Source: Patescibacteria group bacterium (GTDB lineage Bacteria > Patescibacteriota > Minisyncoccia > 2-02-FULL-40-12 > IGHO2-01-FULL-4-A). From it: DNA of 51,479 bases. A program made the translations under genes and the position numbers. The notes beneath the pieces are model-generated. The model searched no databases. It had not been told where the DNA came from and was given only the letters and a program-made list of their open reading frames with translations. Where the stretch lies: positions 1 through 51,479 of the forward strand of contig JBBTUB010000012.1 in the NCBI GenBank assembly GCA_038064015.1, in the 5' to 3' direction. Positions 28,517 to 37,573 of this stretch are shown here, in pieces (position 1 is the first letter of the stretch; the number at the start of each line of letters is the position of its first letter).

Positions 28517-29089
28517 ATGGAAAACAACAAAACCGGTATGCTTGCCATGTCAGTCGGCCTCCTGCTCGTCGGTTTGATTGCGGGGTATTTTATTGGGAAA
28601 AGTGGGACAGATCCTGTGGTATATCAGACCGCAACACCAACGATGACGGCTTCACCCAGCACATCCACAACGCCGGATATGGCTGGATGGAAAACATTTA
28701 ATGCTCTGAAAAGTGGTTATAGTTTCTCGTATCCAGCAAGTTGGCCAATCGTAGAATCAGAAAAAGCATATCCAGCAGATCAAGGAGCACTCGTGACGAC
28801 ATTTGGCGCCAACTATCTTTTTGATGTAAATGTCAGAACATTACCTGCCACTGATCAGATCGTTAGTCAACATGATAAATGTGATGGTCCAAATCAAAAG
28901 AATATTGGCAAAATTACTATTGCCGGATCAGAGGCCACAAAGTGCGGTGTATCTGGCGGTGTACCGACATATCAGGCCATGATGCAAAAGGCTTCTTCAT
29001 CGGAACGAGCTGACGTGTATGTTTTTACTTGTGGCACCGAAGAAAAAATCTGTGATCAAGTACTCTCCACATTCCGTTTTACTAAATAG
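28517..29089 (+). CDS. hypothetical N-terminally anchored extracytoplasmic protein
   Basis: TM anchor MLAMSVGLLLVGLIAGYFIG, an S/T/P linker and a soluble domain containing Cys residues. Confidence 0.55.
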   Translation: MENNKTGMLAMSVGLLLVGLIAGYFIGKSGTDPVVYQTATPTMTASPSTSTTPDMAGWKTFNALKSGYSFSYPASWPIVESEKAYPADQGALVTTFGANYLFDVNVRTLPATDQIVSQHDKCDGPNQKNIGKITIAGSEATKCGVSGGVPTYQAMMQKASSSERADVYVFTCGTEEKICDQVLSTFRFTK

Positions 29090-29091
29090 TA

Positions 29092-29523
29092 ATGCTCAAA
29101 ACTAAACTCCAAGAAGATCTTAAGGCTGCGATGAAAGCGGGGGAGGCGGAGAAGCGGGATGTCCTGCGGATGCTTTCGAGCGCGATCAAGAACAAAGAAA
29201 TTGAAAAAAGAATCGAGCTCACAGACGAGCAAGCACTCGAAGTCATCGCGAGCGAAGTAAAGAAGCGCCGCGAATCGATCACGCAGTTCATGGCAGGCAA
29301 TCGGCCGGAATTGGCGGCGAAAGAAGAAGCAGAAATTAATATACTGGCAACGTATTTACCCGCGCAACTTGGCGAAGAAGAGCTCAAAAAAATTGTCACT
29401 GAAACTCTGGCTGGCATGGATAAGAGCGATGTCGGCGGCGCGATGAAAGCCGTCATGGCGAAAGTAAAAGGCAAGGCCGATGGCGCGCTCGTCAGCAAAC
29501 TCGTCAAAGATGCTCTCGGTTGA
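29092..29523 (+). CDS. GatB/YqeY-domain protein
   Basis: LQEDLKAAMKAGEAEKRDVLRMLSSAIKNKEIE ... MKAVMAKVKGKADGALVSKLVKD is typical YqeY. Confidence 0.85.
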   Translation: MLKTKLQEDLKAAMKAGEAEKRDVLRMLSSAIKNKEIEKRIELTDEQALEVIASEVKKRRESITQFMAGNRPELAAKEEAEINILATYLPAQLGEEELKKIVTETLAGMDKSDVGGAMKAVMAKVKGKADGALVSKLVKDALG

Positions 29524-29863
29524 GGCTATCGTAGCCGCATGCTGTAAGGCTCTCAAGTTACCGCGTTCTGGCGTGGAGCTTTCGGTTAATATCGTGAGTC
29601 CGCAAAAGATGCGATCCCTCAATAAAACCTATCGGGGCAAAGACAAACCGACGGACGTGCTCTCGTTTCCGATCAGAGTAAAGCATGATATACTCTATCT
29701 GGGCGATATTTTTATTAATCGCACTGATGCGAAGAAAAATCTTCCATTTTTAGTGGTTCATGGCTTTTTGCATTTGATGGACTACGACCATGAGCGATCG
29801 GAACGTGAAGAGAAGATAATGTTTACCTTACAAGATGAAATCCTCAGTCATTTGCGGAATTGA
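29510..29863 (+). CDS. ybeY: rRNA maturation RNase YbeY (short)
   Basis: DVLSFP and the HGFLHLMDYDH zinc motif. ATG 29510 overlaps the upstream gene. Confidence 0.8.
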   Translation: MLSVEAIVAACCKALKLPRSGVELSVNIVSPQKMRSLNKTYRGKDKPTDVLSFPIRVKHDILYLGDIFINRTDAKKNLPFLVVHGFLHLMDYDHERSEREEKIMFTLQDEILSHLRN

Positions 29864-31073
29864 CATCGGTAATTCCCTGATCAAAACCGTCATCGCGGAG
29901 TTCAACCAAGAAACGCTGCAACCGCGCATCATTGGCGTGGGCAGCGCCGCGTCCAACGGCCTTCGCCGCGGCATGGTCGTAGACATGGAGGAGGCGATTG
30001 AAAGTGTCCGCAATTCACTGGACCAGGCTGAGCAGATGGCCGGCGCCAAGGTGGAGCAAGCCTATGTCTCGATCAACGGCGTTCACATCAAAACCCAAAG
30101 TTCTCGAGGCGTCATCGCGGTGTCGCGAGCCGACAATGAGATCGCCCAAAGCGACGTCGCGCGGCTCATCGAAGCCGCGTCCACCGTCAGCTTGCCGCTC
30201 AACTACGAAATCATCCATGTGATCCCCAAGACCTTTATCATCGATGGCCACGAGCACGTCAAAAATGCCCTCGGGATGAAAGGAGTGCGCCTTGAGGTAG
30301 AAGTGCTGCTCGTCGAGGGTCTCTCGCCGTATATTCGCAATCTTGCCAAGTGCATCAACGCCAATGGCATAGAAATCGCGGAGTTCGTGTTCGCTCCGCT
30401 TGCCGCCGCCAAGTCCGTGCTCGACAAGCATCAGCGTGAGTATGGGGTTATGCTGGTGGATATCGGCGGGGGAGTATCTTCACTGGCCATGTTTCACGAG
30501 GGCGATCTCCTCCATACCGCCGTATTGCCAATTGGTTCCCATCATATTACCAAGGACATCGCCATCGCGTTTCGTACGTCCATGGACAATGCCGAGCAGA
30601 TCAAAACGCAATACGGTATCCTAGGCAGCGCCGATCTGACGTCTGCCAAGAAAGAAAATATAGACCTCTCTCCGATTCTCGGCGAAGAAGCCTCCGTCTC
30701 GCGCAAGCATATCGCCAAAATCATCGACGCTCGCATCGGCGAACTTTTCGATATGATTTCCAACGAGCTCAAAAAACCAAGCGGCAACTATATGCTGCCC
30801 GCCGGCCTCGTGCTGTCGGGAGGGGGAGCGAATCTCACGGGCATGGGCGCCTTTGCGAAAGACCGCCTTGGGCTTTCCGTTCGCATCGGAGGAGATTATA
30901 CGCTCGACGGAGTTTCGGAAGAAATCCGCGACCCCTCATATGCCGTTGCGGTTGGTCTCGTGTTGTGGGCCGTGGAGCGGGCACAGGTGGGTGGAGCGGG
31001 AGGACGCTCCGGCCAATTTTCCAAGAATATCTTTAAAAAGGCGGGGAAGTGGCTGAAAAACTTCATGCCTTGA
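29835..31073 (+). CDS. ftsA: cell division protein FtsA
   Basis: Actin-fold motifs GIDIGNSLIK, MLVDIGGG and LSGGGANLTG, plus a C-terminal amphipathic tail. Confidence 0.9.
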   Translation: MKSSVICGIDIGNSLIKTVIAEFNQETLQPRIIGVGSAASNGLRRGMVVDMEEAIESVRNSLDQAEQMAGAKVEQAYVSINGVHIKTQSSRGVIAVSRADNEIAQSDVARLIEAASTVSLPLNYEIIHVIPKTFIIDGHEHVKNALGMKGVRLEVEVLLVEGLSPYIRNLAKCINANGIEIAEFVFAPLAAAKSVLDKHQREYGVMLVDIGGGVSSLAMFHEGDLLHTAVLPIGSHHITKDIAIAFRTSMDNAEQIKTQYGILGSADLTSAKKENIDLSPILGEEASVSRKHIAKIIDARIGELFDMISNELKKPSGNYMLPAGLVLSGGGANLTGMGAFAKDRLGLSVRIGGDYTLDGVSEEIRDPSYAVAVGLVLWAVERAQVGGAGGRSGQFSKNIFKKAGKWLKNFMP

Positions 31074-31135
31074 CCCCGACGTTTCTGTCGGGGTTGACTG
31101 TGGATAGCCTTTCGTGATAGACCAAAGGCACTTCT

Positions 31136-32275
31136 ATGGCTCAAGTCAAACCACCTTTCGAAACATTTGCCCGCATTAAAGTCGTCGGCGTAGGCGGCGG
31201 AGGCAACAAGGCGATCCAGCGCATGATGGCTTCAAAGATCCATGGCGTGGAGTTCGTCGCGGTGAATTTGGATGCGCAAGATCTCAATGTCGCCAATGCT
31301 CCGACCAAGATTCTCATCGGCAAAAACATCACCCGAGGCCTTGGTGCCGGCATGAACCCCGAGATCGGACAAAAAGCCGCGCAGGAAAACAAAGACGAAA
31401 TTTCAGAAGCCCTCAAAGGATCCGACATGGTGTTCATCACCGCCGGCCTCGGTGGGGGAACGGGCACGGGAGCTGCGCCGGTCATCGCTGAGATCGCCCG
31501 AGATTTGGGAGCACTCACAATTGGCGTGGTAACCAAGCCGTTTTCCTTCGAGGGCATGGCGCGCACCCGCATCGCCGAAGAAGGCTGGGCGCTCTTGCGT
31601 GATAAAGTAGACGCTCTTATTACGATTTCCAACGATCGCCTCCTCTCGATCATCGATCGCAAGACGCCGCTTCTTGAAGCATTTCAAAAAGTAGATGATG
31701 TTCTGCACCAGGGCGTGCAAGGAATTTCCGATCTGATCACCGTACCGGGCATCATCAATGTAGACTTTGCCGATGTCCGTACCATCATGCAAAATTCAGG
31801 CTCAGCGCTTATGGGTATCGGCACCGCCAGCGGGGAAGACCGGGCGATTGATGCCGCCAAAGCCGCGATCAATTCGCCGTTGCTTGATATCTCGATTGAT
31901 GGGGCGCGGGGAGTGTTATTCAATGTGTCGGGTGGCGCGGATCTCGCGATGGCGGAAATAAGCGAGGCGGCCAAGATTATCACCGCAAGCATTGATCCGA
32001 ATGCCAAAGTCATCTTTGGAGCTGTCCAAGATGATACGCTGAAAAAAGGCGAGATCCAGGTTACGGTCATCGCCGCAGGATTCAACAACCCAAGCTCCAA
32101 AGTAGCGGGGACGCAATCTCCGGTGACATTCTTCGGCAATGTACCGGGCAATGGCGGCATGACGAAACGAGAAGATCCCATGATCCCTGAAACGAAGGTT
32201 CCTGAAGTCGTCGATACCTCGGTAGAAGATGATGAATTTGAAATTCCCGCGTTTATTAGGCGCAAAATGAAGTAA
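31136..32275 (+). CDS. ftsZ: cell division GTPase FtsZ
   Basis: IKVVGVGGGGNKAI, the GGGTGTGAAPVIAE tubulin signature, and a C-terminal DDEFEIPAFIRR peptide. Confidence 0.97.
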   Translation: MAQVKPPFETFARIKVVGVGGGGNKAIQRMMASKIHGVEFVAVNLDAQDLNVANAPTKILIGKNITRGLGAGMNPEIGQKAAQENKDEISEALKGSDMVFITAGLGGGTGTGAAPVIAEIARDLGALTIGVVTKPFSFEGMARTRIAEEGWALLRDKVDALITISNDRLLSIIDRKTPLLEAFQKVDDVLHQGVQGISDLITVPGIINVDFADVRTIMQNSGSALMGIGTASGEDRAIDAAKAAINSPLLDISIDGARGVLFNVSGGADLAMAEISEAAKIITASIDPNAKVIFGAVQDDTLKKGEIQVTVIAAGFNNPSSKVAGTQSPVTFFGNVPGNGGMTKREDPMIPETKVPEVVDTSVEDDEFEIPAFIRRKMK

Positions 32276-32282
32276 TGAAGAC

Positions 32283-32310
32283 TTGACAGTCAACGAGTAC
32301 CTGCTAAGAT
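32283..32310 (+). promoter_or_regulatory. sigma-70-like promoter (TTGACA-16-TAAGAT)
   Basis: TTGACA at 32283-32288 and TAAGAT at 32305-32310, immediately after the ftsZ stop codon. Confidence 0.4.
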
Positions 32311-32317
32311 GGATTCT

Positions 32318-32395
32318 ATGAAAGTAAGCATTAGAATGACTGTGAAGGTCTGCCCCATCGTCCCGACCAATCGGAGCGGTGTTGCTTGCGTATAA
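32318..32395 (+). CDS. candidate leaderless 25-codon sORF (MKVSIRMTVKVCPIVPTNRSGVACV)
   Basis: The ATG lies 7 nt after the -10 box, the TAA at 32393, and the unit ends at a strong terminator at 32431-32462. There is no homology support. Confidence 0.25.
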   Translation: MKVSIRMTVKVCPIVPTNRSGVACV

Positions 32396-32430
32396 GATCA
32401 GAACAGGAAATCTACTAAACTGAACTTAAC

Positions 32431-32462
32431 AAAGCCCCCGCTCCAACGAGCGGGGGCTTTTA
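32431..32462 (+). terminator. strong rho-independent terminator
   Basis: AAAGCCCCCGCTC-CAAC-GAGCGGGGGCTTT plus T (13-bp stem). Confidence 0.8.
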
Positions 32463-32467
32463 CAATT

Positions 32468-32616
32468 ACCAAAGACACACCGAGGAAGGTTCCTGCGGGG
32501 ATCCTTCGTGGAAAAGGTCGTGTCTTTGGCTTATCCATGCAAGGGTCCCCTCACGAGTCTTCCTAATTCAGGGAAGGCTTTTTTCAACCAAAGACACAAA
32601 AAAAGAGGGAGGGGCT
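32468..32616 (+). promoter_or_regulatory. structured leader upstream of the GC-rich orphan ORF
   Basis: A 10-bp stem CCAAAGACAC/GTGTCTTTGG (32469-78 / 32520-29) encloses an imperfect inner helix. A small hairpin plus T6 lies at 32558-32584. The 12-mer ACCAAAGACACA is repeated at 32587-32598. An AGGGAGGGG SD precedes GTG 32617. Confidence 0.35.
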
Positions 32617-33447
32617 GTGGAATATTACACTGAGTCGGGTAAAGCGCGAGAGAGTTTGCTTGGTAGACAGGATCTCCGGGCCAAAGTCGAGGCGTGGTGG
32701 GTAACGGAAGGATGGGGGATACCGCCCTTTCACGTCACGACCGAGCTCCCAGGGTTCCTGGTTCGTAACATCGCCACTGCACGATACGAGGACTGCTTGT
32801 TCGCGCTGATGGCCGAGCGGGCGGGATTCACACCGGTCTGGGGGCAGTTCGTGAGAGACATCCATTCCATGAGATCGTCCGTGAAGAAGTCGTACCTCGT
32901 AGGCGAATTCTGCTCCGGCAGGGGAAAACGCGGTGGTCCCAAGACTGACCGCCATGAGTTCTTGCGGGTGGCAAACGGACGGCCCGGTCCCAAGCGCACG
33001 CTCCATCTCGTCCACGAGCGGTGGGTCGATCGGGAGATCCGGCTCATCACTGAGGAGCGAACTGGCGAATCGCTCGTTGCTCGCCACAACGGGTACCAAC
33101 GCCGAATACTCGGGGTTGAGGACGATCGCCGCATCGAGTTCTCCGCGTGGCTTCGCCAGGAGCGCGGCGGCAAGGTAGACAAGTCTCAAGCCTACTATCC
33201 GCGCTATCTCTCGATGTTCGTCGCCCACGCCGTCCTGTTCGAAGACTACCACGGCGGCGAGTCGGGCACCGAGCTGGACGGTTTCACGGCAACCGTTTTC
33301 GAGCCGGCGTTCAAGCAGGTGACGGAACGATTCGGTGTCTCGCCGATCATCGTCCCGCTTCCATGGTGGCCGGAGCTCGCGTTCTATCCGCATCCAGATG
33401 CCGGGGACTGGCGAACCCACGGCATCATCCCGCCGGAGTATTTCTGA
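32617..33447 (+). CDS. hypothetical protein, GC-rich orphan (no family recognised)
   Basis: 276-aa ORF starting at GTG 32617, preceded by an SD, with high third-position GC. The antisense 278-aa ORF is judged an artefact of the high GC. Confidence 0.6.
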   Translation: MEYYTESGKARESLLGRQDLRAKVEAWWVTEGWGIPPFHVTTELPGFLVRNIATARYEDCLFALMAERAGFTPVWGQFVRDIHSMRSSVKKSYLVGEFCSGRGKRGGPKTDRHEFLRVANGRPGPKRTLHLVHERWVDREIRLITEERTGESLVARHNGYQRRILGVEDDRRIEFSAWLRQERGGKVDKSQAYYPRYLSMFVAHAVLFEDYHGGESGTELDGFTATVFEPAFKQVTERFGVSPIIVPLPWWPELAFYPHPDAGDWRTHGIIPPEYF

Positions 33448-33464
33448 TCCGGTGGCTTAGTTCC

Positions 33465-33507
33465 TTGGCGGCTCCGACATGATACAAATCATTGTCGGAG
33501 CCGCCAA
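33465..33507. repeat. perfect 15-bp inverted repeat / hairpin
   Basis: TTGGCGGCTCCGACA (33465-79) and TGTCGGAGCCGCCAA (33493-507). The 13-nt loop is itself partly self-complementary. Confidence 0.7.
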
Positions 33508-33709
33508 CCCAATTATGTTGCATATCATTCTCAAAATTCTTATGATTGGCTTCGGTGTTATTTGTGGCTGTCTCTTTACGCTGCCAATGTTCATCTTCGT
33601 GCTGGAAGATACAAAAGCATATGTACTCTTTGGCATCGGTTGTGCAATCGGGGTCGTAGCCGCGCTCGGTCTTGCCTATATGCTCGTACTCTACGTTGAC
33701 AGAGGATAA
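33479..33709 (+). CDS. hypothetical small membrane protein (2 TM)
   Basis: 76-aa hydrophobic ORF whose start codon lies inside the 33465-33507 hairpin, so its reality is uncertain. Confidence 0.35.
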   Translation: MIQIIVGAANPIMLHIILKILMIGFGVICGCLFTLPMFIFVLEDTKAYVLFGIGCAIGVVAALGLAYMLVLYVDRG

Positions 33710-33726
33710 AATAATAATACACTTTT

Positions 33727-34668
33727 ATGTTTCACACACTACAATTCATCAAAGAATTCTCATCAATCTATCATCGACAAGGAAAACAAGAAACGAAAGC
33801 GGCTCGTTTGATCATGCGCATATTGCGCGATCACGACATTCCCTTTGTTGTCGAACCCTTTGCCACGTATATTCCAAAGTTTATTCGCGCCACCCTGAAA
33901 GCCGATGGGAAGAGTATCCCTGCAATCCCAACCTCCTTCGTAAGTGGCGTAATTTCCGGCAAGTACAACATTATCAGCTCGCTCATCTCATCTCAGAGAT
34001 TCATCGAAGACTCCAACATCAACTTTAACCCGCATTGCAGGGACATATCGCGTAGCAATCACTATTTTGCTCCTTCCGTTGCCGTGGAACCAAAATACCT
34101 CAAGCAAATTTGCGATGCAAAGAAAATTGTAGGCAAGGTTATTGTAAGAAAACAAAAACATACATCTCTGAATATCCTGGTTGGTAACTTAAGAAATCCT
34201 GGAGCGATTGTCTTCGCACACTATGACTCAATCGGCCCCGGTGCGGTTGATGATGCTTCGGGGATCGCTCTCCTACTGCACCAGGTGATCACCGATCCAG
34301 AAAAACTAAAAAACGTTCTTTTCGTCTTTGCCGGTAATGAAGAGCTATCATACGATAAGCCACTCTACTGGGGCCATGGGTATCGGGCATTTGAACGAAA
34401 ACATACTAGTTTACTTCACCACGCATGGATGATTCTTGCGGTTGATTCGATTGGTAATTCTAAGCCGGTTTTTTACCGGAAAGAATCAATCGTGAAATTG
34501 GGATTACCTTTGAAGAATCTCCATACTTGGGCTGATAAAACTTCCATGCTTTGTGGTGATTTCGATGCACTTATGGAGATCTATCACAGCGATCTCGATA
34601 CATATGACCGGATCAAGAAGAAACATTTTGACCAATCAATTCTTGCATTGAGTAAGATCCTAAGGTAA
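33727..34668 (+). CDS. M28-like Zn-dependent exopeptidase
   Basis: FAHYDSIGPGAVDDASGIALLL resembles the M28 metal-binding His/Asp motif. Confidence 0.6.
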   Translation: MFHTLQFIKEFSSIYHRQGKQETKAARLIMRILRDHDIPFVVEPFATYIPKFIRATLKADGKSIPAIPTSFVSGVISGKYNIISSLISSQRFIEDSNINFNPHCRDISRSNHYFAPSVAVEPKYLKQICDAKKIVGKVIVRKQKHTSLNILVGNLRNPGAIVFAHYDSIGPGAVDDASGIALLLHQVITDPEKLKNVLFVFAGNEELSYDKPLYWGHGYRAFERKHTSLLHHAWMILAVDSIGNSKPVFYRKESIVKLGLPLKNLHTWADKTSMLCGDFDALMEIYHSDLDTYDRIKKKHFDQSILALSKILR

Positions 34669-34771
34669 CTTATCCACAGTTGCGCTCGACTGCGTTACTG
34701 GAGTAGAATACGTCTAGGTTGGTCCGATTATAACTTAATTTTTTAAACGAGTCATTTCGACTTCCTATTTT

Positions 34772-37549
34772 ATGTCCCAAAATCTTTTCCCGCTCCAGAA
34801 CGAAGAACTCAAGGAAATCATGGAGCAGCCCCAGCAATCGCGAGGATTATCCTGGGCGAGGCTTTTTGGCGAAGGCGATCCCTATGACGCGATTACCTGG
34901 GAGCGGCGAGATGCGCGCATTACCAAAGGGAGCGGCAAGGTTGTGTTTGAGCAAACCGATATCGAAGTTCCCAGTTTTTGGTCGCAGACCGCGATCGACA
35001 TCGTCGCTTCGAAGTATTTTCGCGGCAAGCTCGGCACGCCCGCGCGGGAGACGAGCGTCAAGCAGATGATCAATCGCGTCGCCGACACGATTTCCGGCTG
35101 GGGATTCAAAGACGGCTACTTCGCGACTGCGGAGGATTACCAAAATTTCAAATACGATCTCCGATATCTCTTGGTCAACCAGTATGCGGCGTTCAACAGC
35201 CCCGTATGGTTCAATGTCGGCGTCCATGAGCGGCCACAATGCTCCGCATGCTTCATCCTTGCCGTGGAAGACAACATGCAGTCGATCCTGGAGTGGTACA
35301 AAGACGAAGGATGGATTTTTAAATACGGATCGGGATCAGGGACCAACTTGTCCAAGCTCCGCTCATCAAAAGAGCAGTTATCACGAGGCGGTTATTCTTC
35401 AGGCCCTGTCTCGTTCATGAAAGGCGCCGATGGCGTTGCCAACAGTATTCGCTCCGGTGGCACCACACGCCGCGCGGCCAAGATGGTGGTGCTCAATGTC
35501 GACCACCCGGATCTCAAAGATTTTATCTACTGCAAGAAAAATATCGAAGAGATGACCCGCATTCTCGAGGCGAGTGGCATCCAAAATTCCATCGAGGGCG
35601 ATCTTTTCTCTCCCTATACGCTCTTGCCGTATCAAAATGCCAACAATTCAGTGCGCGTTACCGATGAGTTTATGAAGGCGGTTGAAGCAGACCGTGATTG
35701 GGATTTCAAAGCCGTCACCACGGGAGCAACGATTGAAACCCACAAAGCCCGCGAGGTGATGCACTGGATCTCCGACGCCGCGTGGCACTCGGCCGATCCG
35801 GGAATGCAATACGACACCACGATCAATGACTGGAATACGGTTTCCAATACCGGGCGCATCAATGCGTCCAATCCCTGCAGCGAATATATGCACCTGGACA
35901 ACAGCGCCTGCAATCTTGCTTCGATCAATTTGCTTCGTTATCTCAAAGAAGATGGATCGTTTGATGTGGAGCTTTATAAGAAGACCATTGATACGATTAT
36001 CACCGCGCAAGAAATCATCGTCGGCAATTCTTCATATCCCACCGAGCGCATCACCCGAAATGCCATGGACTATCGCGAGCTTGGCCTCGGCTACGCCAAC
36101 CTTGGCTCACTCCTGATGAACCTGGGGCTGCCCTACGACTCCGATGAGGGGCGCGCCATCGCAGGGGCGCTGACCTCGATCCTATGCGGGGAAGCCTACG
36201 CGCAATCCGCCCGGATCGCCGCGATCACCGGGCCATTCGCCGGCTATGCCACCAACCAGGAGCCGATGCTCAACGTCATCAAGAAGCACGGTGCCGCCGC
36301 GGAGCAGCTTGCAGCCGGCGCGGTCACCGGAAATGGCCACTTCGCGCCGCCGGAACTCTTTCAGACCAGCGTCAATGTGTGGCGCGAAGCGCTTGACCTG
36401 GGCCGCCAGTATGGCTACCGCAACTCTCAAGCCACCGTGCTCGCTCCCACCGGCACCATCGCGTTTCTCATGGATTGCAATACCACCGGGATCGAGCCGG
36501 AGTTGGCGCTCGTGAAGTACAAAAAGCTTGTGGGAGGTGGCACGCTCAAGCTCGTGAACGCGCAAGTGCCCGCGGCGTTGCGCCAGCTCGGCTACAACGA
36601 GCAGGAGATTTCCGATATTGCCGCCTATCTGGTAGAAAAAGAAACCGTCGAGGGGGCGCCGAACATAAAGGAAGAGCACCTCCCGGTCTTTGATTGCTCC
36701 TTCAAGGCGGCCAATGGCTCGCGCACGATTGGCTACATGGGGCATGTCAAAATGATGGGCGCGGCTCAGCCGTTTATCTCGGGAGCAATTTCAAAGACCG
36801 TCAATCTTCCCACTGAGGCTACGGTGGATGATATCCGCAACGTATTTATCGAGTCTTGGAAACTGGGCCTCAAGGCCGTGGCGGTCTATCGTGACGGATC
36901 CAAGTCAGTCCAGCCGATGAGTACCACCGAAGCCAAAGACAAAAAACTGGTGGAGCATGCCAACGGCTATACACGTATCAAGCTTCCCGATGAGCGCCCG
37001 TCGATCACGCACAAATTTGCCATCGGCAATCACGAAGGCTACCTCCATGTCGGTATGTATCCTGACACCAAGAAGGTAGGAGAGACGTTTATCACGATTG
37101 CGAAAGAGGGGAGTACGATCTCGGGACTCTTGGATGTTGTCGCGACGCTTGCCTCGATGTGCTTGCAGTCCGGCGTACCCCTCAAAGTGCTGGTCAAGAA
37201 ATTCAAAGACATGCGATTCGAGCCATCAGGCATCACGACCAATGCCGATATCCCGTTTGCCAAGTCATTCATGGACTATATCTTCAGGTATCTCGGGATG
37301 AAGTTTTTGAACGAAAAAGACCGCGAAGAAATCTTTGGGCCCTCGGAAACGCCGGTTGACACGGTGGCCGCCCCGGCAGTCACTCCTGCCATCACTCCAG
37401 CACCCGCCCCCGTCAATTCCGGATGGGATGACGTAAAAGAAGCTCACACTGACGCGCCACTGTGCAGTGAGTGCGGCACGATGATGTTTCGAGCCGGCTC
37501 CTGTTTCTCGTGTCCCAATTGTTTCGCCACCACCGGCGTTTGCAACTAA
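34772..37549 (+). CDS. nrdJ: class II adenosylcobalamin-dependent ribonucleotide reductase
   Basis: 925 aa. NPCSEY active-site loop, TGIEPE, AISKTVNLP, and a C-terminal CxxC...CxxC tail (CSECGTMMFRAGSCFSCPNC). Confidence 0.95.
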   Translation: MSQNLFPLQNEELKEIMEQPQQSRGLSWARLFGEGDPYDAITWERRDARITKGSGKVVFEQTDIEVPSFWSQTAIDIVASKYFRGKLGTPARETSVKQMINRVADTISGWGFKDGYFATAEDYQNFKYDLRYLLVNQYAAFNSPVWFNVGVHERPQCSACFILAVEDNMQSILEWYKDEGWIFKYGSGSGTNLSKLRSSKEQLSRGGYSSGPVSFMKGADGVANSIRSGGTTRRAAKMVVLNVDHPDLKDFIYCKKNIEEMTRILEASGIQNSIEGDLFSPYTLLPYQNANNSVRVTDEFMKAVEADRDWDFKAVTTGATIETHKAREVMHWISDAAWHSADPGMQYDTTINDWNTVSNTGRINASNPCSEYMHLDNSACNLASINLLRYLKEDGSFDVELYKKTIDTIITAQEIIVGNSSYPTERITRNAMDYRELGLGYANLGSLLMNLGLPYDSDEGRAIAGALTSILCGEAYAQSARIAAITGPFAGYATNQEPMLNVIKKHGAAAEQLAAGAVTGNGHFAPPELFQTSVNVWREALDLGRQYGYRNSQATVLAPTGTIAFLMDCNTTGIEPELALVKYKKLVGGGTLKLVNAQVPAALRQLGYNEQEISDIAAYLVEKETVEGAPNIKEEHLPVFDCSFKAANGSRTIGYMGHVKMMGAAQPFISGAISKTVNLPTEATVDDIRNVFIESWKLGLKAVAVYRDGSKSVQPMSTTEAKDKKLVEHANGYTRIKLPDERPSITHKFAIGNHEGYLHVGMYPDTKKVGETFITIAKEGSTISGLLDVVATLASMCLQSGVPLKVLVKKFKDMRFEPSGITTNADIPFAKSFMDYIFRYLGMKFLNEKDREEIFGPSETPVDTVAAPAVTPAITPAPAPVNSGWDDVKEAHTDAPLCSECGTMMFRAGSCFSCPNCFATTGVCN

Positions 37550-37573
37550 AGCGAAACGTGCTATACCCAAGGC

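Noticed and set aside
32584-33420. 278-aa minus-strand ORF overlapping the GC-rich orphan ORF
   Set aside because: High GC produces long antisense frames. The plus-strand frame has an SD, a high-GC3 pattern and a more protein-like composition. The choice still rests on composition only.
34669-34771. Possible B12 riboswitch or NrdR box upstream of nrdJ
   Set aside because: No cobalamin core sequence or NrdR-box palindrome is recognisable in the 103-nt leader. B12 riboswitches normally repress B12-independent RNRs, not NrdJ.
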